Assembly: GCA_965644315.1 (NCBI GenBank)
Contig: CBFFRQ010000080.1
Span: 425,580-489,579 of the forward strand
Source of the DNA: Caecitellus pseudoparvulus
Lineage: Eukaryota > Protista > Bigyra: Bicosoecida
Reading direction: 5' to 3'
Length of the DNA: 64,000 nt
Shown: one piece after another, positions 22,818-33,000 of the stretch
How positions within the stretch are numbered: position 1 is the stretch's first letter
How the letters are laid out: each line of letters opens with the position of its first letter
Notes under the pieces: generated by a model
The model's input: the letters and a program-made list of their open reading frames with translations, nothing else
Databases searched by the model: none
What the model was told of the DNA's origin: nothing
Made by a program: the position numbers and the translations under genes

Positions 22818-23182
22818 GGACGAAGTGGTGGGTCGAACATGCACGCCCGGCGTCTCACCTCTACACAGCAAGAGGCTGTGCCCACATGCACAAAGCGCCG
22901 GAGTGCGGTATTTGCAGGGGGTGCCAAACTGCTTGGGGCAAGGACCCCCCCCTGCCGCAGCAGGAAGCCGTGAAGCTCTACATTGGCATCCCTAATCGGC
23001 CAAACTCAACTCCCACAAGAGACTGCGACTCCATGCCTGGCCATGCCACGTCCCGGGTCACTTGGCTTGCCTGAGCCGGTTCGCTGGGTACTCAAGCTGT
23101 TGACAAGTACGTCGCGGGCATCAGCCCCCAGGCGCCTCAGAACGCAAGCCAGTGTTGCATCCCGAGGGTTTCAATCCCCGTT

Positions 23183-24216
23183 ATGGCTCAAGCTCGCTTT
23201 GTCCAGCGAGTGAAGCCGGCCTGGCACGTTGTGGACGCGACTGATGAGGTGTGTGCTGCTTTCGTTTTCCGCACTGGCACGGTCCCGCGCCAGGCGCCGC
23301 CTGAAGCCGGGTTTGCCGGTGCAGGCGCCAGCATTGGTTCCCCACACCCATTCGTGATGTTTGCTGCCTTCCCTCTCCACTTGAGCCGCCGCACACGTCC
23401 ACGCCCACGCACCCCTGACAGGTGGTTGGCCGGCTGGCTCATCAAGTGGCTCGTTTGCTGCAAGGCAAGCACAAGCCAAGCTACGTTCCCCAGGCAGACA
23501 GCGGGGACTACGTCGTCATCATCAATGCGGAGAAAGTGCAGTTCACGGGCCGCAAGATGCGGCAAAAGCTGTACAGGTGGCACACAGGCTACCCCGGCGG
23601 CTTGAAGAGCAGAGCTGCGTGGGAAATGCTGCAGCGCAAGCCTATCGATGTGTTCCGCTCTGCCGTGTCTGGCATGCTGCCTAAGAACGGTCTTCGCAAG
23701 CACGTGTGGATGAAGAAGCTGCGCGTGTACGCGGGCTCGGAGCACCCGCACAAAGCCGAAGTGGAGGCCTGTGCCTCCGAGGCTGCGGCTTACCTCGAGC
23801 AGTACGCCCCCGCATCCAAGCGCCTGCATGAGCAAGCTCAGCCGATTGAGGGCGTGACAGATGTAGAAGGCGCAGAGGAGGAGGAGCCGCAGCTGCTGCC
23901 CCCCGACATCCTCAACGGCATCTTCCTGTACCGCATGCGGGAGACTCTGGATGAAGAACTCGCGTTCTGGGCTGCCAGGGGCGAAAGCAGCGTACCTCGC
24001 CGTATTTTGGAGCCCCATGGACTTGTGCAAACTGGCCCTGCTGAGTTCAAGTTCGCTGACACCGACGAAGTCGTCCCGCCCCTGTCAGAACTGCAGCAGT
24101 ATGCAGCCATGCTGGAGGCGATTGAGGGAGCAAGTGACGAGGCTCAAGCAGAGGCCATTCAGAAGTCCATCGCTGCGGGGGAGTTTGCTGCCTCTGCCGC
24201 TGGTGAGGGAAGGTAA
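23183..24216 (+). CDS. MRPL13: Mitochondrial ribosomal protein uL13m with C-terminal extension (one intron, ~23249-23421)
   Basis: WHVVDA|VVGRLA...LQGKHKP.Y.P..DSGDYVVIINA...YRWHTGYPGGLK...VSGMLPKN is the bacterial-type L13 signature. Confidence 0.92.
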
Positions 24217-24434
24217 GGCCTGGCCGGGCTTAGCTGGCCATGACGTGGCTTGGCGATGTCCTATGCGGAAGGCCTTCCACGCAATTTACAAAACGACACT
24301 CCTGCACGTCAATCCACGAGCTGGGTGTTGTGGAAAGGGTCGTGCTGGGGGCTTCTGCGACTCCTGCAGGCAGCTCCACACGTATTGTGCACGCAAGCCA
24401 GTAGGTGCTCTGGCTTTTCAGTTGTGCCTCCGCC

Positions 24435-26108
24435 ATGGTGCGTGCCTGCGATGCGCAGAGCTCAGACAGTCTGCATTGCCCGAAGAGGATGTCTTGTTGC
24501 ACTGCTTTCCGCCCTGTGCTTGCTATTGCAGAGTGAAGGGAAGACGGCTGACTCCAAGGTACGTCGCAGCCCGCTGGCGTTTCACCAACGACACACAGGC
24601 GGTGCCAAGGTGCAGCATGTGCGAGATGAAGGCCCCCGCGTGCTTTAATCACGTGCGATTTGTTTGCTGGGGAGTATTCCACTTGTTTTCTTTCCTCACA
24701 CACGCGCTGGCTTCGCCTGCCGCCGCACGGGAGGGCCCAGCTCTGCCTGCCGTTTCTCATGTGCCCGTGCAAGCCACCCTTGCACCAGCAATGCCGCTGC
24801 TCGCGGACGTTCACTTTACCCACTCCTCATGTGTGCAGCGAGTGGCTAACAGGCCGTATGATGAGGCTGTAGACCTCGAGGGCTCGCTCGACGAGAGGTG
24901 TGTACCAGCTGCTGGCCTGCCCGGCCGCCGTGCAGTTTCGCATGAGCCACGCACCTCCCATCCTCGGCGCAGCGTCGAGACGCATGTCAACCTGTCTCAG
25001 TCCATTGTGCAGTCCCCTCCTGGACAAGCATCTGGGGGCGGGCGGGGCCACGCTGCCGCACAAGCTCATGGCGCGCCGTATGGCGGCGAGAGGGGCGACT
25101 CGCCCCCCCGAGTCCGTGAAGATGCTCGGGGCGAGTATGCCGGCTCGGCAGCGGAAATCCCGGGTGGCAGCAGGGTGGGCGCAGACGACGCCGCCAGCAC
25201 GCTGAGTGACTCAGCGGGGGGCGAGGCTGGGGAAAGCACTGTGTCCACGGGCGGCGCGATCATGCCTGCTGGTGCGTACAAGGCGTCAGACTACGCTTCC
25301 CTGCCAGTGTCTGAGGACATCCGCGGGCTGTTCAAGTACATCACATCCTACAAGGCCCACGACATCAAGCTGGAGACTGTCTTGAAGCCTTTCATCCCGG
25401 ACTACATGCCCGCCTTGGGCAGCATTGACTCCTTCATCAAGCCGGCACGCCCGGACGGCAAGGAGGAGGAGCTGGGCTTGACAGTTGTGGATGAGCCAGC
25501 TGCGAACCAGTCTGACCCGACCGTCCTTGACCTGCAGCTGCGTGCGCTGAGCAAGAAGAGCAACTTGCAACCGACGCACGTCCGCAGCATCGAACACGCG
25601 AGTCGCAACGAACGGTGCGTGCTTTGCCTGGAATCATGGACAGACACCGCCCCTGCTCGCATGCCTACGATAGCGCACACACACACCACCCCCCTCCCGC
25701 AGCGAAATCTCCAAGTGGATATCCAGCATCGCTGACCTGCACCGAAGCAAGCCTGCGCCTCAAGTGCACTACACGAAGTCGATGCCTGACGTGGACAAGG
25801 TGATGGAGGCATGGCCAGCAGGGTTTGACGCCTGGCTGGGCGAGCGCAAGGGGGAGGAGGGGCTGCCTTCAGCTGACATGGATTTGACGGTGGAAGAGAT
25901 GTCAAGGCTCGCCTGCGCCTTGCTGGATGTCCCAGTTTACCCCAGCGGGGAAAGCAGTCTCGTGCAAAGTCTGCATGTGCTGTTCACTGTGTATCACGAG
26001 TTCAAGACCAACCCTCACTTCCAACAGCACATGGGGGGTGAGGACGTCGCTACGGGGGCAGGCGACGGGGGGGCTGCCTCTGACTCAAAGTGGGGAGGCG
26101 ACTTCTGA
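24435..26108 (+). CDS. IFT46: Intraflagellar transport protein IFT46 (multi-exon; start inferred)
   Basis: Contains NRPYDEA, Y...DYASLPVSEDIRGLFKYITSY, LKPFIPDYMPALGSIDSFIK..RPDG, DEPAANQSDP and MPDVDKVMEAWP...IQ/VQSLHVLFT..EFKTNPHF. Confidence 0.9.
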
Positions 26109-26287
26109 GCAGCTGTCTGTGTACAATTCACACCCAGTACACCTTCCCAATCTCCTAGAATGCCCCACTGCACCGCGCCAGCGCCATACATGGTTGTGTG
26201 CCCGTCCAGTTTCCGCAGGAGACCCGACAAGTGAGGACTGCCTCACGCGACTCGGGCGGCTGAAGCACACAGAAAACGTCAGACAGG

Positions 26288-27011
26288 ATGATCCAGACAG
26301 CAGCAGCTGCTGTGGCCCGTCGCAGCGTCGGCTTCGTGCGCCTCCATCCCGCAGTGTGGGGGCGAAGTACGCGCGCCTGTGCGGAGGTAGCGCGCAACAC
26401 GCTGGCAGCGCCTGCACACCCGGGTCACACGCGGCACCTGGCGACTGGGCCCTCCGTCAAAGACATGGACGAGGCCACCTTCAATGCGGAGCTGAAGAAG
26501 GCAGGCATGATCACCAAGGTGAAGATGCTGCTGCAGCGGTACGGCATCACAGCCATCTTCACGTATGGTGGTTTGTATGCTGGCACAGTTGGTGCTGGGT
26601 TTGGCACCTTCCGCCTGGTGCGTGCCTGCGAAGACGCTGCCTCTGCTCTGAGCATGCCCCACGGTATTCTCTGCCCTTGCACAGTTTGACAACTTCGGGA
26701 TTGAGCCCCTGGACCTGCTGCAGCAGATGGAGCTGAAGGAAGACGTGCTGAACTTGCTCGGCATGGACCCTCACCTGACTGCCTTGAGCCCGTGGCAAAC
26801 CTCTGCCATCCTCACCTTCCTCCTCCTGGAAGTCTCTGAGCCGTTCCGCGTCATGGGCACGCTGTACTTTGCTCCAATCCTGCACCGCCGCTGGCATCCA
26901 CAGCCCACCGCGGCCTCTGCCGCCGGCCAGGAGAGCGGTGGCGGAGGCGTGCTTCCCCCTCCCCCCGCCCCACCAGCTGGCACACCGAGCGACGCGCAAA
27001 ATCCCAGGTAG
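26288..27011 (+). CDS. FAM210/DUF1279-like mitochondrial membrane protein (one intron)
   Basis: Arg-rich presequence-like N-terminus, KVKMLLQRYGITAIFTY and C-terminal LLEVSEPFRVMGTL..P, which fits the DUF1279 pattern. Confidence 0.6.
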
Positions 27012-27048
27012 CACCAGCGAGGACATTGCATTGCGAAGAAGGCAGGGC

Positions 27049-28118
27049 CTACGCTGTCGCCGCTGCAGCTCCCTGGCCGGCGTACTTGGCCACAATGCCT
27101 TGCAGCTCTGCCTCAGCCGCAACCTGTGCCTTGGCAAAGGGGTGCTCGGGGTCACTGCCCTGCAGTTGCCTGTGGAGAGGGGCACGGAAGGCGCATGGTG
27201 AAGGCGGCATCGCGCGGCTGCGCAGGCAATGCACCGGATGCAAGCAGGCGCACGCACTCAAAGTACCGCTTGGCAGCGTCATGCTCCCCTGTCAAGCGAG
27301 ACAGCGCAAGGAGGTTAATGGTGGTGCTGGAGCCTGCAGTGGCCATGGACGATGCGTCGACAAGCAGCTTTTTCGCGTCGTCGAAGCTGCCCAGAGCGAT
27401 GAGTGCCGCGGCTTGCCCGTTCAGCAGCAGCGCCGACGCGCCGAAACGCGTCGTGAGGTCTTGGAAGATGAGGGAAGCCTCGCCCAGCTTGTCACCACCA
27501 GCCACCAGGTGAGTCCATGCAAGGCAGAGCTGCGTGAGCGCGCTGTCGTCGTCCGCCGATACCATGGCGGCGGTGGCTTGCTCGGCCAGGTCCCCTCGAT
27601 GCATGGCCAGCAACACCACCACCCGCAGCGCGAGAGCCTGCAGCTTGCTGCTCTTGACATCACGGTCCACGGCACGCAGCGCATCTTCGTGCTTCCCGTC
27701 TGCTTCCAGAGCGGTGGCATACATCAGCGCAGTTGTTTCGTCTTCAGAGCTGTCAGCCAGCTCGGACAGGGCTGTGCATGCACTCTCACGCGCGCTGCCA
27801 GTGGAGCTGGCGTGGCTGGCCAAAAGCCGCACTGCCTTCAGCGCCTCAGGCGTGCCTGCGTCATCCTTCACCTCTCCCAGCACGACAGAGAAGCGTTTCA
27901 AGGCAATGTATGTGCGATAGACGAGAACGTCACGCTCCAACACCAATGCCGGCTCCGACAAGTGCAGGGAAGCAGCTTCGTCCAAGGCCCGCTGTGCCGC
28001 GCAGAGTGGGCTCAGTGCCCATGCCAAATGGGAACGAAGGCCAGTGCTGGAGACTCACCTGGTAACTGCCCAGCCAAAACAATGAGCGCAGGGTGTACAG
28101 CTGATCCGGAGCGGCCAT
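27049..28118 (-). CDS. COPE: Coatomer subunit epsilon (2 introns)
   Basis: Contains DQLYTLRSLFWLGSYQ, ERDVLVYRTYIAL, DDDSALTQLCLAW, EASLIFQDL, LLNGQA and C-terminal P.HPF. Confidence 0.9.
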
Positions 28119-28375
28119 GGCTGTGGCGTGAAGGAAAGCACAAAAGGCGACGCAAGTCACGTGGCGTTTCGCCTGGTTCACTTGGCAGGGGTGCGTTGGC
28201 TCTTTGGAGGCACTCGGCGCATATTGAGGAACTGAACAATATTGCTAAAGCTGTTCCATGGTGCTCAAGGCGCTTGGTGAGCCTTTTGCCTCACTATCCA
28301 CAGCCCAGGCCCCCCCCCCTGCCCGTGCGGGACGCCGGTTGCTTTTCCTGCGCAACACGCTCTCTGCTGCCAGAC

Positions 28376-30068
28376 ATGCTGGGGCGTGTGGCCACCAAAG
28401 CTGGGCGTGCTGCGACCCAGTACAGGCGCAGACCGCATGCTGGTGTCCTCAACCTTTCGTCCTTCAGGCAGCTGGTGACTTCTTCCTCTGCACCTTGCGC
28501 GGCGCGCCAAGCAGCCAGCTGTGCTGCCGCTGGCGAAACGCAAGCGTCACGCCGCGGCGTCCCGGTTTTCCTTCTGCCCAGCCCGTTCTGCAGGCAGCTC
28601 AGCTCTGCGACTCCAAAAGTGGCCAAACCTCGAGCAAAGGTTGGTCCGAAGGCCGCTGCGAAACCCGCAAGTGTCAGTGACTTCTTGTCCCAGTACTGGG
28701 CTTATGGCATCATGGGCACCCTCATCGCCGGCGGGGCGTTCTTCACATACAACTCGATCCGTGAGTGCTGGGGCGATGCCGCGGCAGCGCAGCTTGTGCA
28801 CGCCATCGCAGAAGCAGCACTGATGACGCTCACCTTGCTGCAGAGGACGGCCAGAACCCCCTGGACGCTGTGAAGGAGGTCATTGACGACTTGTTCGACA
28901 ACGCAGAGGCCATGTCCGACCCAGACCCGGAGCAGTTCAACATCCAATTCCTGCAGATGTCAGGAAACCCCATCCAGCACATTCCCATGGTGGCTCAAGA
29001 CGGGGAAAAGATCGCCCCCAACATTGCCATTGTCTTGGCCATGGAAGGCACCCTCGTCAAGCGCGTGCACGACGTGCGTCTAGCTCGCCTGCTCCCGTAT
29101 CCACCTCACCCTCACTCCACATACCGTTTCTTGCGCAGCGCAAGTATGGCTTCCGCCACATCAAACGGCCAGCGGTGGCGCCCCTGATGAAGTCCTTGCA
29201 AGGCATGGATGTGTCGGCGTTCTTCTGGGTGAAGCACATGAGCAACCAGAGCCTTGGCGACCCTGAGTGCATCGTGTACAAGATGCTCAAGTCAGAAAAA
29301 CTCATTCGAGTGGCCCAAGAGATGTCCGCGTGTGTGTTCTCCCGTAGCCACATGTACTCTGTCAATGGGCAGCCTCAGATTGTGCGTTGCTTCGCCTTCG
29401 CTGCGAGCTCAGTGCTTCGCTGATCTCACGCTCCCCGCCTTGCTTTGCAGCGCATTTCCCCGCTTCCCCGCTTCACGCCGAACATTCTGCTGGTAGACAA
29501 CGATAGGTGGAACTACGATGCGCAGCCGGACAACACATTGCTGATCAAGGAGTTCACTGATGAGGAGGCGGATGACGGCTCAGCGCTGATGGACGTCCTC
29601 GCCTTCATGAAGCGTACGTTGCACTGCCACCTCCAAGTGAGCCTATCCATGTTCCTAAACGTGTGCCTTTTCCTCCGCTGCGCAGTGTTCAGGCACCTGT
29701 GGAAAAAGCAGGAGGTGAAGACCGTGCAACAGACCATGCGGTGGTTGAAAATGCGGCACCCGGAGATTGTGGTCGACCCGACGCGGATGGGAGAGTTCAT
29801 TCGGGCTGAAGCCGCAGACCTGCTCGAAAACGAGCACCGCCTGCAGACTGAGAGTGTGGGGCGAGTTCTGAAAGACTTGCATCGTGGCAGCGCGACACTT
29901 CGTGGGGCTCGTGCTGTGACAGCACACTCCTCCACCTACGAACGCGTGCACCAGAGCTCTGCTCTGGCAGACCGCATTTCCAAGGCCAAGGAGCGCCAGG
30001 CAGCCCTGATTGCACAGCACCAGCAGAAAATGGCAGAGGAGGCAGCTGGTAGCATGTCTGACCAGTGA
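28376..30068 (+). CDS. TIM50: Mitochondrial import inner membrane translocase TIM50-like (degenerate NIF/FCP1 domain), multi-exon
   Basis: Presequence, a single TM (YWAYGIMGTLIAGGAFFTY), IVLAMEGTLV...HD|RKYGFRHIKRP and NILLVD...QPDNTLLIK. Confidence 0.75.
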
Positions 30069-30081
30069 GTCTGCAATGCAT

Positions 30082-33000
30082 TCATGCTTTGCCCCATGTC
30101 TCCAGCAATCTCGCCACCATGTCAGCTTTCTTGCCAGACTTGGACAAGCCTGCAGCACCGCACAGCTCCCGCAGCTCAACTGCCTTGAGCCGCATGCCTG
30201 CCTTGGAGTCCGAAAAGGCAGCTTCGACAGCTGCCTCACCGCCCTCCTCACTGCCGCCACCCGCTGCCTCGGCGCCCTCCTCACTGCCGCCACCCGCTGC
30301 CTCGGCGCCCTCCTCACTGCCGCCACCCGCTGCCTCGGCGCCCTCCTCACTGGCACCACCCGCTGCCTCGGCGCCCTCCACACTGGCGCCACCACCCGCT
30401 GCCTCGGCGCCCTCCTCACTGGCACCACCCGCTGCCTCGGCGCCCTCCTCACTGGCGCCACCCGCTGCCTCGGCGCCCTCCTCACTGGCACCACCCGCTG
30501 CCTCGGCGCCCTCCACACTGGCACCACCCGCTGCCTCGGCGCCCTCCTCACTGGCACCACCCGCTGCCTCGGCACCCTCCACACTGGCACCACCCGCTGC
30601 CTCGGCGCCCTCCTCACTGGCACCACCCGCTGCCTCGGCCTGACACTGGCCTGGTTCTGAGGTTTGGCCTTGAGCTGGGGCCTCATCAGCTTCAACTGGA
30701 ATCGAGCCTGGCACTGCTGAGGGCTCATGCTGGGCTGCAGCTTGCGCCGCAAGGGTGGCCTCTGTGGCTGAGTTCATCTGATGCACAAGCTGCCCCATGC
30801 TTGTGACATCGGCGACTTGGAAAGGCTCAGGGACATCCACGGCTAGGCGTTGCGTTGGCCAGGTTTCGCCAGGCACCAGCTGTAAGTGGGTGCCATGCTG
30901 TGCCAGGGCGCTGAACACGTGGGAAATGTCAAAGCAATCCTTAAACAGCTGCAGTCGACCGAAGACGTACAGCCCGAGGCGGGCGCGGGACATGGCCACG
31001 ACCAAACGCCGGACATCTCGAATGTGGCCGACATGTCGCGTGCGCACGAGAGACAGCAGTACGTAGTCGTTCTGTTGGCCTTGAAAGCGATCCACCGTGG
31101 TGATGTGTGCAGGTGTGCCCAGCCATGGATATGGTGCACACCTGGCGGCCACGACGTCTCGGAGCAGGTGTTTCTGGCCGTTGTATGTGGTCAACATGGA
31201 GATGCGCTCAGCAGGGTAGCCAAGGATACGCATGTACATGAACGTTGCCACCATGTACTCTGCCTCGCCAAGGTTCTGGAAGAAGTGGGGGGAAGGTACA
31301 CTCTCTCCTACCCCGTTGAAATCAGTGACTTCCACGAACTGGTGCGTGCGGGCAAATCCTGCGTTGGCTGTGGAGTAAGCCGGCCCGCTGCAGACACGTG
31401 GGAGATTCTGCAAGCCGCCGTACTGCCAGTTGAACAAGGCCGCCATGTCAGGCCGGGCACGGCCTTGCGCGTTGAGAGTGGTCGCAGGCACCTCCAGGCG
31501 CACAAGGCGCGTGAACATGCTCTGCTCCAGGCCACTCCACTGACCAAGTGCCATGCTCTGCACGACAGGGGGCAGTTGCTTGTGGTCCCCGATGAGCACC
31601 ACCCGCTTGAGACGGTGCGCTTCGCCCATGTCCTGGCGCTGGCAGACGAAGGGCAGAAGCGTCTCCACCTCCAGCACCTGCGCTGCCTCCTCCATGACCA
31701 CGCTGTCATACTTGAAACCGAGGTCGATGAGGCGCCGGCGGGTCAGCGCTGCGTGCGTGCAAGTCATGGCAACGATGCGCGCCTGCTTCGTCAGCATGAA
31801 GTCAGTGCGCAGGCGCTGCGTGCGCAGCAACTCGAAGGGCCGGTAGTCCGCCACCTCGTCAAACACTCCACGCAAGTGCCGGAAGCAGCTGCGGGCAGCG
31901 CGCATGGCTGCAGCAAAGCTCTGGCCTTCTGGGAAGAGGCCCTGAAGCCCACCTGGCGCTGAAGAGAAGTACGTGGCGAAGGGGAAGTGCTCTGCAACCC
32001 ATGCCCCCGAGGGCGTGCCGCCGGCCACAGCAGCACGAGCTTCAACCTGGAAGGCCTCGATGCGTGCAAGTACGTGGTTCAGGTAGAAGTGACCCGCAGT
32101 CTCAGCGGTGTAGCCGACAGCGCCTGGCACACCGAGAGTTGTGCCCAGGTGTCCCACCATGGCAAGCAGCTGGGAACGCCGCGCCAACGTGGACTCGACG
32201 CGCCCCCACTTGGAAAAGTCTGCACCTTGCACAGTGTCGGCCAAATCCCTAGACCCAGCACCCAGACGCAGCATGTGGCGGTGCGCAATGTTCCTGGCCG
32301 TGAGCTTGGCGAACAAATCGTTCAATGCCTGGTTGGAGTGCGTGACGAGAAGAATCTTCTGGGAGGGGAAGTTGTGGTACAAGTTTGAAATGATCTGCAC
32401 TGCAGTGTCAGTCTTGCCGGTGCCCGGCGGCCCCACAATCAATGTCAGCCCGTGAGACATGCCTTGGTCAATGGCAGACACTTGAGTTGGTGTAAACGGC
32501 ACGTTGTTCGCAGGAGGGGTGTCTGCTGGAAAGGGCCCCGGCGTTGGGGGTGGGTACGCAGTGATGACCACAGACGTGGGTGCCCCAACGACACCTGCCA
32601 CGCGCTTCACCCGGAACGGCGGCCGCAGCGTGCTGGCTTGATCCAGCGGCACAGCCTTCATGGTCCACTTGCTCGGATCCCAGGCACTGCTCGTGCTTGC
32701 CGGGTCGTCCTCCTGCAGAGCCAGGACTGCATCTGCGTCGGTGGAAGCAGGCTCTGCCACTTGCAGCGCCACTTCACAGGAAGGAAAGCTTGCCACAGCA
32801 TGAGCTCCATCCAAAAAGGTGTCAGACCAGTCCAACTCGTCCATGACTTGGGCTGAAGGTGGCAGGCGAGACGGGTGGGCAGCTGCAGGGTCACCGTACC
32901 CAAGCAGTACTCCTCGCAGCCATGGTGGCAGTGCTGCCGCGCCTGCAGCTGCTGCGCCGCCGGCCGCCGAAACAGCCCCTGCAGTGGACATGAGGGTGAA

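Noticed and set aside
27026-28873. 615-aa plus-strand ORF and the many other long overlapping or antisense ORFs (e.g. 1464-2576, 23951-24430, 29655-30752)
   Set aside because: These are shadow ORFs caused by high GC and codon bias of the real genes. Only the TIM50 exon portion from 28376 is credible.
30241-30639. Regular 33-bp repeats resembling a CRISPR array
   Set aside because: There are no unique spacers. It is a head-to-tail coding minisatellite within AQR in a eukaryotic genome.
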